Notes: generated by a model from the sequence alone, not told the origin. Numbered from the stretch's first letter, positions 21,501-31,383 are shown. The stretch is 64,000 nucleotides of DNA from an uncultured Chitinophaga sp. (GCA_964386395.1 CAYLRV010000001.1:23807-87806), one strand, 5' to 3'. Made by a program: numbers and translations.

Positions 21501-23069
21501 ATCAATAGCACTATAGCAACCATCACCGCCCACCACTTCCTGCGAGCTATCAAGGCCCGGGTGATTTAATTTGTGCATACCATTATCCTGTGTACCACCT
21601 ATAAAATGATTGGTTGAAGTAGGGTGTATTGCTACAGAATAAAACTGCTTTAACCGGAGTCCCTGGTTCCTGTCCGCCATCGACGTGCCTCCGTTGGTAG
21701 AATAGTGCACCCCGCCATCGCAGGCAAAGAGTAGTTTAGAACCCCCGTCCCACCATTGAATATTGTGCTGGTCAGCATGGATGTAAAAACCTGTTACGGC
21801 AGTGGCCCATCCGGATATTTTTACCCAGGTCAAACCACCATTGGATGTTTTGAAACAATCCAGACCGCCTACGATACACTCATCAGGATTAGCCGGATTT
21901 ATACCGCAGGACAATGAATACCAACCCTGCCCGCTCGCCCATCCGCTGGTAGGTTGTGTGGTAGTGGCCGCCCAGTTGATACCACCGTCGGTTGATTTAT
22001 ATATTGTCGGCACATTATTATTCGAATTATTTACCGGCAGGGCATATAGCCTGTCGCCCATTACGGCTATCTCGCATCTTTCATTAAATGTAGGAAATGC
22101 GGTGGCAGGTGCATTCCACCCGGCTGCGGTTGTAACGGTGGCAGGTATATCCGTATAGCGATAGGTTTGTGCTGAGCCAATACCTGTTACCATATGCAAT
22201 CTTGCTGGACCGGAGGTAGAACTGATTTCTAAATCACAAATACTTTGACTGGGCACACCTGCAGGTGTAATATTCGTCCAGCTTGTGCCACCATCTGTTG
22301 AGCGGTACAAGCCTCCGGGTGCACCGGCAGAGTTACGGGTAGCGAGATAGACATTGCCCTCGAAATCGCATACAATGCGGGTACATAGTATATGGGTACT
22401 GGTGCTGGACAAGAAATTCCAGGTGGCACCACCATCAATACTTTTAAATACACCGACCCCTCTCACTGCATCTGCGTTTCGGAATGATTCACCCGTACAG
22501 AAGTACATGATATTTTGAAAACCGGGGCGAGGATCCTGGCAAATAGCAGAGACTGCAAGATTACTCAGGTAGTCATTTACTAAAGTCCATGGCGAAGGGT
22601 TTACGGTAATATCCGTAGTTTTCCATAAACCTCCGTCCACACCACCGGCCCATACTGTTTTATGTGTCGGGTCTGTTGAGTCTACCATCAATGCCCGTAT
22701 CCTTCCGGATGTTTGCTGGCCTGTTGGCCTCGGGTTACCACCTACAGTAAAGTCACCTGTAGGGCCACGCTCCTGCCACGACAGGGCTTCCATAAAATCG
22801 GGTGTATTTCTACGGGCAGCTTTTGCCTGCTCTGTAAATTCTTTTGCCAGCCACAAACGGTTTGTTGGTACTCTGCCTGTGGCCGGATCCTTAGTCCGCT
22901 CCATTTCAAACAGCATAGCTAACTCAATACCATCGTAGCCATCCCTTCCCTCTTCTTCTTCATAGGCATATGCTGATTTATTGTTTTTGCCCTGGTTACA
23001 GGCGGCAAACAACAATACAAAAAAGGCTGCGGCAAGCAGCCAGAAACGATTTCTCAAAAATAATTGCAT
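18522..23069 (-). CDS. Giant T9SS-secreted protein (BNR/propeller-like N-terminal region, about 6 Ig-like repeats, Por C-terminal sorting domain)
   Basis: 1515 aa with a signal peptide. STDGG.TW / S.DGG..W propeller-like repeats, then repeated YQWQ.STDGGTTW...NQYRC.VSN modules. The C-terminus ...GTGLYLLVVGDASGKRLAEGKVHIR is typical of T9SS CTDs. Confidence 0.7.
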   Translation of the reverse strand: MQLFLRNRFWLLAAAFFVLLFAACNQGKNNKSAYAYEEEEGRDGYDGIELAMLFEMERTKDPATGRVPTNRLWLAKEFTEQAKAARRNTPDFMEALSWQERGPTGDFTVGGNPRPTGQQTSGRIRALMVDSTDPTHKTVWAGGVDGGLWKTTDITVNPSPWTLVNDYLSNLAVSAICQDPRPGFQNIMYFCTGESFRNADAVRGVGVFKSIDGGATWNFLSSTSTHILCTRIVCDFEGNVYLATRNSAGAPGGLYRSTDGGTSWTNITPAGVPSQSICDLEISSTSGPARLHMVTGIGSAQTYRYTDIPATVTTAAGWNAPATAFPTFNERCEIAVMGDRLYALPVNNSNNNVPTIYKSTDGGINWAATTTQPTSGWASGQGWYSLSCGINPANPDECIVGGLDCFKTSNGGLTWVKISGWATAVTGFYIHADQHNIQWWDGGSKLLFACDGGVHYSTNGGTSMADRNQGLRLKQFYSVAIHPTSTNHFIGGTQDNGMHKLNHPGLDSSQEVVGGDGCYSAIDQDEPQFQFGSYVYNVYRRSVNNGATWTTPVNNQSTGRFVNPWDYDNINNKIYACSGAGNYMLWDNPQTGNTTSVVAITDFGGLQVSAVHVSPYTAHRVYFGVSGGTNRLVRVDAANTATPTSTIITPPGATGYLNSIVTGSSDNNLIATYSSYGVTNVWVSTNGGTTWAASDGNLPDMPVRWALFHPDSDTKAFIATETGVWETEQLNGASTVWTPNTTFPNVRTDMIKYRSSDRTIAAGTHGRGIWTATIPGASGFTFGATTPTTVTCPAPATMNVVLPTVSTGGFSTPISLTVLSTNPAGLNVSVLPSSITPGNSTTVTLNNANTLGAGTYTATIQGVAGSVTQTATVTFTINPGTGPVISVQPQPQTVCAGANATFSVTATGTYQWQVSTDGGTTWANISGATTSTLTLSAVTAGMNGNQYRCVVSNICASTNSNPALLTVNTGATITNHPGDATVCTGQTTTLCVTATGNGLTYQWESAPNCAAPFTNVAGATSNCLTITGSANAAYRCKVSASGGCGGTVTSNCATITVVSSVTITTQPVSQTVCEGGNANFTVGASGAGLSYQWQLSTDGGTSWGNISGATSSAYSIAGATVALNNNQYRCIVSNGVCPTPGTSNAATLTVNRLPAITSNPQSVTLCAGAGSTFSVTATGTAITYQWQLSTDGGVTYSNISGATSSTYTVSAVTVSMNGYRYRCIVAGTCSPAATTTAAVLTVVAPVSITTQPSNAEVCSGTTASFTVAGNSTEAINYVWQVSTDGGTTWTNVAGGTGATLTVPGVLIVMNNNRYRVLVSNATCTAPTISNAALLTVRLTPTVTLTQSPVLTSLLPGQTTTLTAATSASTGGTFSTVWTYNTNPLAVTGNSYVVNVGNTGAYQVQVRETWPSGLFCSALSQVLNIDAAVSPRLFIYPSPNDGNFSVSYYNPGGASVQRTMTIFDSKGALVYNSKFAVSGPYTIVPVTVPHLGTGLYLLVVGDASGKRLAEGKVHIR
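19130..20470 (-). repeat. Tandem Ig-like coding repeats, period about 280 bp
   Basis: The reverse complement of the YQWQ/YVWQ codons recurs near 19231, 19509, 19788, 20062 and 20330. Confidence 0.6.
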
Positions 23070-23247
23070 AGTCTTGTTTTGAATAGTTAGGACACTAGTC
23101 CCTGAAGTCAGCGAAAGTAATCAAAAAAAGAGGTTAATTGCAAATCCGCCCTCAAGGATAACCACCTATAAATACCAGCGGGACAGAGTATAATTTTCAG
23201 TCATATATCGGGTAGGTAAGACGACATACGAATATGTATAGCAGGGA

Positions 23248-23628
23248 TTATTTCACCGCTATCATACTGATTTCCACATTTACAAACTTTGGCAGGGCGC
23301 CGGCTTGTACCGTTTCCCTGGCAGGAAAATCACCTTCAAAATATTTTCCGTACACTTCATTTACTTCAGAAAAACGGTGCATATCTGTAAGAAAGATGGT
23401 CGTCTTAACCACATTGCTGAAATCCATACCGGCTTCATGCAGTATTGCTTTCAGGTTGTGCATCACCTGATGTGCTTCTTCCTGGATATCCTTATTTTTT
23501 AAAGAGCCGGTAGCAGGATCAATACAAATTTGACCGGAAATAAACAGCATGCCGCCCGTAAGCACGGCCTGGTTATAAGGGCCAATAGGTGCAGGTGCCT
23601 GTGTTGTATTTATGATGGTTTTACTCAT
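23248..23628 (-). CDS. ridA: RidA family reactive-intermediate deaminase
   Basis: Start at ATG 23628 (MSKTIINTTQAPAPIGPYNQAV...). Full-length YjgF/RidA-like sequence of 126 aa. Confidence 0.85.
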   Translation of the reverse strand: MSKTIINTTQAPAPIGPYNQAVLTGGMLFISGQICIDPATGSLKNKDIQEEAHQVMHNLKAILHEAGMDFSNVVKTTIFLTDMHRFSEVNEVYGKYFEGDFPARETVQAGALPKFVNVEISMIAVK

Positions 23629-23701
23629 TTGTTTATGATTATAATAAATAGTGCAGACGAAATTAGGTTTATACGTTTTCTTTGCAAAAAATAACACCTG
23701 C

Positions 23702-24325
23702 ATGATAGCGGTAATAGCAGATGCACTGCAACAAAAGGAGCTGGCGGGATATGGTATCACTGAAGATCAACCCATTATCTGGTTGACAGCACCTGCAACG
23801 CATAATGCCGCAACGGTGTATATAGACCTGCGTTATGATGGCAGTAAGGAGCGGATCGAATTACTCCGGCAACTGCCTGCCGAATGCATTATCATCAATG
23901 ATGTGGCTGGCAGCCTGCGGGATTTGCCTGCTAATTTTGCTCGTTTCAACGGCTGGCCCGGCTTTTTACAACAAGCTGCCGTTGAGTGTGCCGTGGCAAA
24001 TGAAATACTCAAACCGGTTGTAGAAGAAACCTTTGCTATTTTCTCCAGGAAAGTTGTATTTACTCCCGACACACCCGGTTTTATCAGTGCCCGCATTATC
24101 GCTATGATTATTAATGAAGCTTATCTTGCAGCAGCAGAAGGTGTGAGCATAAAGCCGGAAACTGATACGGCTATGAAAATGGGAACAAATTATCCATACG
24201 GACCATTTGAGTGGGCCGAAAAAATCGGGTTGCAAAACCTGCACGCACTACTGGTAGCAATGGCCGATACCAATAAGCGTTATACACCGGCGCCTATGCT
24301 CACGCATGAAGCCACTACAACATGA
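23702..24325 (+). CDS. 3-hydroxyacyl-CoA dehydrogenase-family protein (C-terminal domain type)
   Basis: PGFISARIIAMIINEAYLAAAEGV...MKMGTNYPYGPFEWAEKIGL matches the HBD C-terminal domain. The N-terminus lacks a clear Rossmann GxGxxG. Confidence 0.5.
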   Translation: MIAVIADALQQKELAGYGITEDQPIIWLTAPATHNAATVYIDLRYDGSKERIELLRQLPAECIIINDVAGSLRDLPANFARFNGWPGFLQQAAVECAVANEILKPVVEETFAIFSRKVVFTPDTPGFISARIIAMIINEAYLAAAEGVSIKPETDTAMKMGTNYPYGPFEWAEKIGLQNLHALLVAMADTNKRYTPAPMLTHEATTT

Positions 24326-24990
24326 GTTATATTTTAAATATAGATACGGCACTGGAAACTGCCTCCATCTGTTTAGCAAAGAATGGCGAGACAGTTGCTT
24401 ATGCAGAGAACCACACGCAAAAAGATCATAGTACGTGGTTGCATTCAACTATTAAAACTGTCTTAGAAAAAAATGATTGCCAGCTAAGTCAACTTGAGGC
24501 TGTCAGTGTGAATAATGGGCCGGGGTCTTATACAGGTATTCGTATCGGCCTGTCTGCTGCAAAAGGTCTATGTTATGCATTACAAAAACCTTTACTAACC
24601 GTTACCAGCCTTGAACTGATTGCATTTACCGCTAAGAATATTGCATCCGGACTTATTTGTCCTGTTGTTGATGCCCGCAGGATGGAAGTATATTATGCTG
24701 TATATTCAAACGACATGGCATTACAACAAGAGCCTGCAGCACATATTATAACCGAAAATAGTTTTACCGATTTGTTACAATCAGGGCCAGTATTGTTTTG
24801 TGGTACGGGTTGCAAAAAACTGCAAACGGCTATACATCACCCCAATGCATCCTTCCATCCCATTAACGGAACTGCGAAGGAAATGAGCCCGATCAGTTTT
24901 AGAAAGTTCGAAAATGGAGAAACTGCACCGCTTGTGCAAACCGATCCTCTTTATATTAAAGATTTTTTTACTTTTGTCCAAAAGGCTTAA
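24322..24990 (+). CDS. tsaB: tRNA t6A biosynthesis protein TsaB
   Basis: MSYILNIDTALETASICL...GPGSYTGIRIGLSAAKGL is typical of YeaZ/TsaB. Confidence 0.8.
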   Translation: MSYILNIDTALETASICLAKNGETVAYAENHTQKDHSTWLHSTIKTVLEKNDCQLSQLEAVSVNNGPGSYTGIRIGLSAAKGLCYALQKPLLTVTSLELIAFTAKNIASGLICPVVDARRMEVYYAVYSNDMALQQEPAAHIITENSFTDLLQSGPVLFCGTGCKKLQTAIHHPNASFHPINGTAKEMSPISFRKFENGETAPLVQTDPLYIKDFFTFVQKA

Positions 24991-25096
24991 ATCTTTCTTC
25001 CGTCTTAGAGTAGAGCATAAAAAGATCATCAATAATTTTTATTAACGGGAATAGAAAATTAATTTTACTACCTATCCTCAAACAACGACCTGATCC

Positions 25097-25435
25097 ATGA
25101 ACAATTACTCGCTTACATTGAACAATGCCAAGGGAGGAGGTACGCCATTACAACTCGACCTCCTCAATCTGAAAAAAGCCGCACTTACGTTGCGTGCCGT
25201 TAATCACAAACTGCGGCAACAAATCCTGAAGATGATTGATGACCATGGTAAAATGACTGTAACAGAATTATATGTAAACCTCAGGTTAGAACAATCTGTT
25301 ACTTCCCAGCACCTGGCCATCCTGCGAAAAGCCGGTTTTGTAAAAACTACCCGTGATGGTAAGTTTATATATTACGCGGTAAACGCACCCCGTATTGAAG
25401 AACTGAACAGGTTTGTAAACCAGCTGCTCAACTGA
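25097..25435 (+). CDS. ArsR/SmtB-family transcriptional regulator
   Basis: 112 aa winged-helix protein (LRAVNHKLRQQILKMI...VTSQHLAILRKAGFV). Lies upstream of the MBL-rhodanese gene. Confidence 0.75.
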   Translation: MNNYSLTLNNAKGGGTPLQLDLLNLKKAALTLRAVNHKLRQQILKMIDDHGKMTVTELYVNLRLEQSVTSQHLAILRKAGFVKTTRDGKFIYYAVNAPRIEELNRFVNQLLN

Positions 25436-25451
25436 TTGTGGTCAAGCTTTT

Positions 25452-25481
25452 AAAGCCCTGTTTACTTAACAGGGCTTTTTA
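25452..25481 (+). terminator. Rho-independent terminator
   Basis: aaagccctg-tttacttaa-cagggcttt hairpin followed by a T-run. Confidence 0.7.
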
Positions 25482-25522
25482 TTTATTTGTGGTATTTTTG
25501 CTGCACAAATCAGCTATCACCT

Positions 25523-26932
25523 ATGTATATCAAACAATTATACACCGGCTGCCTGAGTGAGGCGGCTTATTATATAGAAAGTAACGGGGAGGCGGCCATT
25601 ATTGATCCGCTCAGAGATATTGATGTGTACCTGCAGCTGGCCAATGAAAGAAAAGCGAAAGTCAAGTATATATTTGAGACCCATTTTCATGCAGACTTTG
25701 TAAGCGGGCATATTGACCTTGGCAATGCCACTGGTGCTCCCATTGTGTATGGCCCGGGCACCATCACAAAATTTCCGGTACATGTGGCAAAAGATGGTGA
25801 AACGTTTTCTATCGGCGCACTCACCATTAAAGTATTGCATACACCCGGCCATACACTCGAATCAACCTGTTACCTATTGAAAGATGAAAACAACAACGAC
25901 CATTGTGTTTTCACCGGCGACACATTGTTTGTAGGCGATGTGGGCCGGCCCGATTTAGCACAGAAAGGGGAAGAATTGACGATGAATGACCTGGCAGGCA
26001 TGATGTATGACAGCATACAGAATAAGCTATTTCCCCTTGCCGATCATGTGATTGTATATCCTGCTCATGGCGCCGGCAGCAGTTGCGGCAAAAACCTGGG
26101 CAGTGAAACCTTCAGTACGATTGGTGAACAGAAAAAACATAACTATGCCCTGCAGGCTGCCAATAAGGAAGAGTTTATTAAGGCAGTAACGGACGGAATC
26201 AGCGCCCCGCCCCAGTATTTCCCTATCAATGCAAAAATTAACAAAGAAGGATACGACAGCATTGATGAAGTATTGAACAAAGGCATGCGGGCACTGTCGG
26301 TAGAAGAATTTAAAAAAGAAAACACAGATAATACTATTATACTGGATACACGTCATGCCGCTGTATTTACACAAGGATTTGTTCCGGGATCTATCAGCAT
26401 TGGATTAGAAGGCAGGTTTGCTGAATGGGCGGGAAGTGTGCTGCCCTTTTCACAACCCATTCTGCTTATAACAGAGGAAGGAAAAGAAAAAGAAACGATT
26501 ATTCGTCTTGCACGAGTTGGCTTTGATAAAATGATTGGATACCTCCAGGGCGGATTTGAAGCGTGGCAAAATGCCGGCGAACCTATCGATCTCATTATAG
26601 ATGTGGAAGCAGATGAACTGATCATGGATATTCCGCATGATCCTAAACTGGTAGTGGTGGACGTGCGCCGGGAAACAGAATATGCCGACGGCCATTTAAA
26701 AAACGCCATCAACCTGCCGCTGAACGAAATGAATGACCCCGCGATGATGGCCAGCCTTGAAGAGGATCAGAACATCTATGTGCATTGCGCCGGAGGATAC
26801 CGCAGCGTAATCGCTTCATCTATGTTGAAAAGACAAGGCATTCACAATATTCGTAACGTAGTCGGTGGCTGGTCTGCAATAAAAGAGCAGGAAAAAGCTG
26901 AGATAGTTAAAGAAACAAGTGTACTGAACTAA
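25523..26932 (+). CDS. MBL-fold persulfide-dioxygenase-like domain fused to two rhodanese domains
   Basis: Start at ATG 25523. THFHADFVSGH metallo-beta-lactamase motif. C-terminal rhodanese active-site loop HCAGGYRS. Confidence 0.8.
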   Translation: MYIKQLYTGCLSEAAYYIESNGEAAIIDPLRDIDVYLQLANERKAKVKYIFETHFHADFVSGHIDLGNATGAPIVYGPGTITKFPVHVAKDGETFSIGALTIKVLHTPGHTLESTCYLLKDENNNDHCVFTGDTLFVGDVGRPDLAQKGEELTMNDLAGMMYDSIQNKLFPLADHVIVYPAHGAGSSCGKNLGSETFSTIGEQKKHNYALQAANKEEFIKAVTDGISAPPQYFPINAKINKEGYDSIDEVLNKGMRALSVEEFKKENTDNTIILDTRHAAVFTQGFVPGSISIGLEGRFAEWAGSVLPFSQPILLITEEGKEKETIIRLARVGFDKMIGYLQGGFEAWQNAGEPIDLIIDVEADELIMDIPHDPKLVVVDVRRETEYADGHLKNAINLPLNEMNDPAMMASLEEDQNIYVHCAGGYRSVIASSMLKRQGIHNIRNVVGGWSAIKEQEKAEIVKETSVLN

Positions 26933-26952
26933 TAAACAGTTCTCCAAATTAT

Positions 26953-26983
26953 AAAGCCCTGTCATTTCTCATGACAGGGCTTA
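26953..26983. terminator. Bidirectional terminator between convergent genes
   Basis: aagccctgtcat-ttctc-atgacagggctt perfect 12-bp stem. Confidence 0.7.
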
Positions 26984-27003
26984 TTATTTAACTGCAGGTA
27001 TGC

Positions 27004-27711
27004 TTACATTTTTGATTTAATCCAGGCATCCAGTTCTGGTGAACTTTCTGTACTGATGATAGCTGCATACCTTGATTTTGTACCATTGTGTACCCCAACA
27101 TGCCAGAGTCGTTGAGAATCTACCACAAAGTGTGCACCTTTTGGCATCGGCACCCTCGCTTCTGATTCTTTAATAGGCAGGTTATTTTCATCACTATCGT
27201 AAAGCAGCATATAACTATCCGGATTGTCGGTAAGTTCTATCCACATGCGCACTACCCAACCTTCACCTTCCGGGTTCAGGCGGTTATTATCATCACGGTG
27301 TACAGATCGTATAGCCTGGTCATGTGTTTGTGGTTCAAGGCGTATGATACGCACCCTTCCGAAGTTGGCCGGAATCGATTTAATATATTCCATCAGTTTC
27401 GGGCAACCTTCAGAATTGGGTGTGAAGATGGCATCCTTATCTGTTTTACCATTTTCCCAAAACCCTTTGCATTCATTGGTGCCATCACAGGACGCCAGTG
27501 GTGCAAAGTTGGTATCGCCACCGCTTTTCCAGTCCATATACACTAAGTTTTCCCATTCAGATGCGGGAATATGCGATATGTCAAGCGTTTTCATAATAAC
27601 ATATCCTTTCTCTTCCATTACCGGCATGCGGTAGTGGTTTGTTTTGGCAGGAATTTTTACCGACCAATGCTCGCTATGCGGCCAGAAAATAGCAGGTGCA
27701 GGTGATGACAT
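27004..27711 (-). CDS. Hypothetical protein, possibly a cupin / 2OG-oxygenase-like fold
   Basis: ORF with good coding appearance. HRDD ... WHVGVH spacing is reminiscent of an HxD...H facial triad. No firm assignment. Confidence 0.3.
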   Translation of the reverse strand: MSSPAPAIFWPHSEHWSVKIPAKTNHYRMPVMEEKGYVIMKTLDISHIPASEWENLVYMDWKSGGDTNFAPLASCDGTNECKGFWENGKTDKDAIFTPNSEGCPKLMEYIKSIPANFGRVRIIRLEPQTHDQAIRSVHRDDNNRLNPEGEGWVVRMWIELTDNPDSYMLLYDSDENNLPIKESEARVPMPKGAHFVVDSQRLWHVGVHNGTKSRYAAIISTESSPELDAWIKSKM

Positions 27712-27727
27712 ATAAAATGATTAATGA

Positions 27728-29011
27728 TTGATTTTAAAATTCAAGGGCAAATTAATAAATAATCAGGTCCCCCCGCCTGATCTTCATCAAATTCCCCATC
27801 CGGCCTGTTGGTCTTTTATTTACCTTTCGGCAACAAAGACTGCCGTGAATCAACGCTTTTATTCCCTCGATGTATTCCGTGGTGCCACTGTTTGCCTGAT
27901 GATATTGGTAAATAATCCCGGCAGCTGGGGCCATATATATGATCCACTGGAGCATGCACCCTGGCATGGCCTCACTCCCACCGATTTGGTTTTCCCTTTT
28001 TTCCTGTTTGCCGTAGGCAATGCGATGGCTTTTGTGATGCCTAAACTGGAGCAGGCCGGAGATGCCTTGTTTTGGAAAAAAGTGATCAAAAGAAGTTTGC
28101 TGATTTTTGCGATTGGTCTATTTCTCGCCTGGTGGCCATTTTTTAAATGGAGTGGCGATTCATTGGTGTTCAAACCCTGGGAATACAGGGATGATAAAGG
28201 CAACCTGCAAGGTATTCGCATCATGGGGGTGCTTCCACGTATAGCTATTTGTTACTTCTTTGCGGCAATAATTGTATACTACTTGAAATTACGTAAGGCT
28301 TTTTATGTGGGTATGCTCATGCTTTTGTTGTATTGGGTACTTTCTGCTTTGTTAGGCGCAAAAGGAGATCCGTACAGCATTACCGGCTGGTTCGGCACCC
28401 GGGTGGATATTGCGGTACTGACGAAGGCCCACATGTACAAGGGGGAAGAACTGAACGGTATTAAGTACCTGTTTGATCCCGAAGGCCTGATGAGTACAAT
28501 GCCGGCAATTGTACAGGTAATCTTTGGGTATATAGCAGGTGACTATATTATAAAGAAGGGCAAAAACTATGAGATGGTGACAGGGCTTTTTGTAAGTGGT
28601 ATAGGTCTATTACTTGCCGGTTTTTGCTGGGATATGGTATTCCCCATCAATAAAAAAATATGGACAAGCTCTTATGTAGTATATACAACTGGTTTGGCGA
28701 TGATTACTATAGCCACCATGATATATATGATTGAATTCAAAAATGTAAAAGGGGGTCTGGCACGGTTCTTTGATGTATTTGGCAAGAATGCTTTGTTTGT
28801 ATTTGCGCTCAGCGCCTTTTTACCCAAGGGCCTTGCCCTTATCCGGTTGGGCGATGGGGTGAATCCATGGAACTGGTTGTACAAAAAAGTACTTGTCTAT
28901 ACACCCGGTCCCAAAGAAAATGGCTCACTATTATATGCTATATGTGTTATCATCTTTATGTGGGCCATTTGCTGGTGGATGGATAAGAAGAAAATATATG
29001 TGAAAGTGTAG
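27728..29011 (+). CDS. Heparan-alpha-glucosaminide N-acetyltransferase-like membrane acyltransferase (DUF1624/DUF5009 type)
   Basis: Polytopic membrane protein. LDVFRGATVCLMILVNNPGSW...WHGLTPTDLVFPFFLF matches the family N-terminus. The real start is probably GTG 27845. Confidence 0.6.
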   Translation: MILKFKGKLINNQVPPPDLHQIPHPACWSFIYLSATKTAVNQRFYSLDVFRGATVCLMILVNNPGSWGHIYDPLEHAPWHGLTPTDLVFPFFLFAVGNAMAFVMPKLEQAGDALFWKKVIKRSLLIFAIGLFLAWWPFFKWSGDSLVFKPWEYRDDKGNLQGIRIMGVLPRIAICYFFAAIIVYYLKLRKAFYVGMLMLLLYWVLSALLGAKGDPYSITGWFGTRVDIAVLTKAHMYKGEELNGIKYLFDPEGLMSTMPAIVQVIFGYIAGDYIIKKGKNYEMVTGLFVSGIGLLLAGFCWDMVFPINKKIWTSSYVVYTTGLAMITIATMIYMIEFKNVKGGLARFFDVFGKNALFVFALSAFLPKGLALIRLGDGVNPWNWLYKKVLVYTPGPKENGSLLYAICVIIFMWAICWWMDKKKIYVKV

Positions 29012-29104
29012 CCGGTTTCATTAACAATGTTTTAAACAAAAGCAGTAGTTGTGGGTTGTGTAGTCAATCTTCCAATTGCATCTATTAGCTGTAAAACTAA
29101 AATT

Positions 29105-29533
29105 ATGAAATCACTACATGTAATAGTTGCAGCGACGATGCTGGTTATAGCATCTTCCTGCTCCGCTCCTAAAACAGTTGTCGCAGAAGCACCGGCTGCC
29201 TCCCTGTATGACACAAAATGGTCTTTAAAGAAGATTTATGCCGATGGTGTGGTGCAGGACGTAGATACCAAGGCATTTATCCGTTTTGACAAAGAAAAAA
29301 ACAGTGCCGGAGGAAACGGCAGTTGCAATAGTTTTGGCAGCACGACCACCATCAATGGCAGCAGTGTAAGTCTTAAAAATATCTTCTCAACAAAAATGTT
29401 TTGCGAAGCAGTACAGAAAACAGAGGATAGTTTTTTCAGCCAGTTGGGAAAGGTAACTACTTACACGATAAAAGGTAAAACATTACAGTTGCTGGCCGAC
29501 AATACAGTGTTACTGGAGTTTATAGCAGAGTAA
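29105..29533 (+). CDS. META-domain (HslJ-like) lipoprotein
   Basis: Start at ATG 29105, lipobox VIASSCS. TKWSLKKI...FDKEKNSAGGNGSCNSF...MFCE pattern. Confidence 0.7.
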   Translation: MKSLHVIVAATMLVIASSCSAPKTVVAEAPAASLYDTKWSLKKIYADGVVQDVDTKAFIRFDKEKNSAGGNGSCNSFGSTTTINGSSVSLKNIFSTKMFCEAVQKTEDSFFSQLGKVTTYTIKGKTLQLLADNTVLLEFIAE

Positions 29534-29551
29534 ATAATCTTCTTCTTATAT

Positions 29552-29578
29552 AAAAGCCCGGTTTAGAACCGGGCTTTT
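29552..29578. terminator. Bidirectional terminator
   Basis: aaaagcccggtt-tag-aaccgggctttt. Confidence 0.7.
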
Positions 29579-29583
29579 GTTAT

Positions 29584-31035
29584 TTACTCTCCTACAACCT
29601 CCTCGCTTCCTTTCTTTCGCCAGGATCTATGTTTAGCCCCGTCCATTTTTACAATCTTCGGGGTAAACTTACCGACCACATCCACCAATGCCTTCTGTGA
29701 TTGCATCACAACATTAATATCCTTGTAGGCAAAAGGTGATTCATCCAGTCCGCCACCCAGCAGTTTTACGCCAAACTTATCCAGTTCGTCTTTCATCTGC
29801 TTATCGGTAACAGAAGCGATGGCCCTTGTACGGCTCATCTTCCGTCCGGCACCATGCGAGGCAGAGTTGACAGATGCGGATTCGCCTTTACCTTTTACAA
29901 TAAATCCATCGGCGGTCATTGAGCCCGGTATAATACCCAATACATCTTTACCTGCAGGTGTTGCGCCTTTACGGTGAACGATCACATCCTTACCTTCCCA
30001 TTTTTCTTTCCAGGCAAAATTGTGGTGATTCTCCACCATCTTCACTGGTTTACGTCCCAGTTGCTTCGCAATTTTGGCATGTATTACATGGTGACAGGCG
30101 CTGGCATAATCACCAGCCAGGTTCATTGCATTCCAATACTCTATGCCTTCTTCTTCATCCAGCAAAAGCCAGGCAAGATTTTTTGATTCCTGCGGCAAAC
30201 GCCTTTTGCTGATAGCCAGTTTAGTATAGTGGTTCGCTATGTTAGCACCTAGTGCCCGAGAACCGGAGTGAGTAAGAAAACCAATGTACTTACCAGCTTC
30301 TATACCCAATACCTGATCTTCTTCTGCAATATCCACGACGCCAAATTCGGCGAAGTGGTTACCCGACCCGGATGAACCTAACTGCTTCCACACACGGCCA
30401 TGCAATTTTTTCAGCATCGGTAGTTGAAAAAATAATTCATGCTCCATCACTTCGTGGTTAGCCGCCCGATCGAATTGTGCGCCGCTGCCAAACAATGTAG
30501 CCTCATTGATTTCACGGGCAAAATATGATTCCCGGTCCGTCAGATCTTTTGGGTTGATATCGAATACACTCAGGCACATACGGCATCCGATGTCTACTCC
30601 TACTCCGTAAGGGATAACAGCATTCTCGGTTGCCAGTACGCCACCGATTGGCAATCCATACCCGCTATGTGCATCTGGCATCAAGGCGCCGGCCACACTC
30701 ACCGGCAATTTAGCTGCCTGGTACATCTGGTGCATAGCGCCTTCTTCGATATGTTCCTGTCCAAATACATTAAACTGTATGCCGGTTTGGTTCAGCGAAA
30801 TTTCTGCCCCTTCCGTTTCTTTCTTTGGTATCAGCTGTTCTGCTATCAATGCAAGTACTGCGTCATTGCTGTACTCGATTGGATTGGCCAATACTTTTTG
30901 TAATAGTTCCATCACTTCCTCCTTTCCATGATGCTTATATTTTTTTTGCATCACATCCATTGCTATGCTAATTACCGGTCCTTCCGGGTAGCCAATAGTC
31001 CTTAGTTCTTTTCCTGTTATTTTTAGTTTACTCAT
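29584..31035 (-). CDS. rtcB: RNA 3'-phosphate/2',3'-cyclic-phosphate to 5'-OH ligase RtcB
   Basis: Start at ATG 31035 (MSKLKITG). Diagnostic blocks MPDAHSGYGLPIGGV, GVDIGCRM, GSGNHF, HSGSR, NHHNFA and SASHGAGR. The roughly 90-aa N-terminal extension is not found in E. coli RtcB. Confidence 0.9.
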   Translation of the reverse strand: MSKLKITGKELRTIGYPEGPVISIAMDVMQKKYKHHGKEEVMELLQKVLANPIEYSNDAVLALIAEQLIPKKETEGAEISLNQTGIQFNVFGQEHIEEGAMHQMYQAAKLPVSVAGALMPDAHSGYGLPIGGVLATENAVIPYGVGVDIGCRMCLSVFDINPKDLTDRESYFAREINEATLFGSGAQFDRAANHEVMEHELFFQLPMLKKLHGRVWKQLGSSGSGNHFAEFGVVDIAEEDQVLGIEAGKYIGFLTHSGSRALGANIANHYTKLAISKRRLPQESKNLAWLLLDEEEGIEYWNAMNLAGDYASACHHVIHAKIAKQLGRKPVKMVENHHNFAWKEKWEGKDVIVHRKGATPAGKDVLGIIPGSMTADGFIVKGKGESASVNSASHGAGRKMSRTRAIASVTDKQMKDELDKFGVKLLGGGLDESPFAYKDINVVMQSQKALVDVVGKFTPKIVKMDGAKHRSWRKKGSEEVVGE

Positions 31036-31039
31036 TGTT

Positions 31040-31130
31040 TTGTTTTTTGAAACACGGTGACAGAGAGACAGGGGCGGCACAGTGTTTTTCGGTGTTGCCC
31101 TGTGTCGTTATGCCTTTGTGGTTCTATTTT
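31040..31130. repeat. GAACCACRRAG-type repeat arm (family shared with the GxxExxY cassette flanks)
   Basis: The reverse complement reads gaaccacaaaggcataacgacacagggcaac.... Compare gaaccacggagacacaaggacaggg at 38937. Confidence 0.45.
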
Positions 31131-31166
31131 TTGTTTACCAGCGACAGTAACTCCGGTCATCTTATG

Positions 31167-31352
31167 TTGCGTCGCACACTTCAGCTGCATATCCCTAATC
31201 ATCATAATCCCACATAATTTACCCTTTATTTAGATTCTCAAGCGCATCAATAAACTGTGCAACCCTTTCATCTTCTGACTCCTTGATAATAAAATCTAAC
31301 CGTTCAAAAGTATTTTCCAATAGAATTACAACAGTACAAGTGTGCGACGCAA
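31167..31352. repeat. Perfect 15-bp inverted repeat (TTGCGTCGCACACTT) bracketing about 150 bp
   Basis: 31167-31181 is the reverse complement of 31338-31352. The left arm is also found at 13325. Confidence 0.7.
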
Positions 31353-31383
31353 GGGACGATGATAGAAGCAATACAGCCTGTAA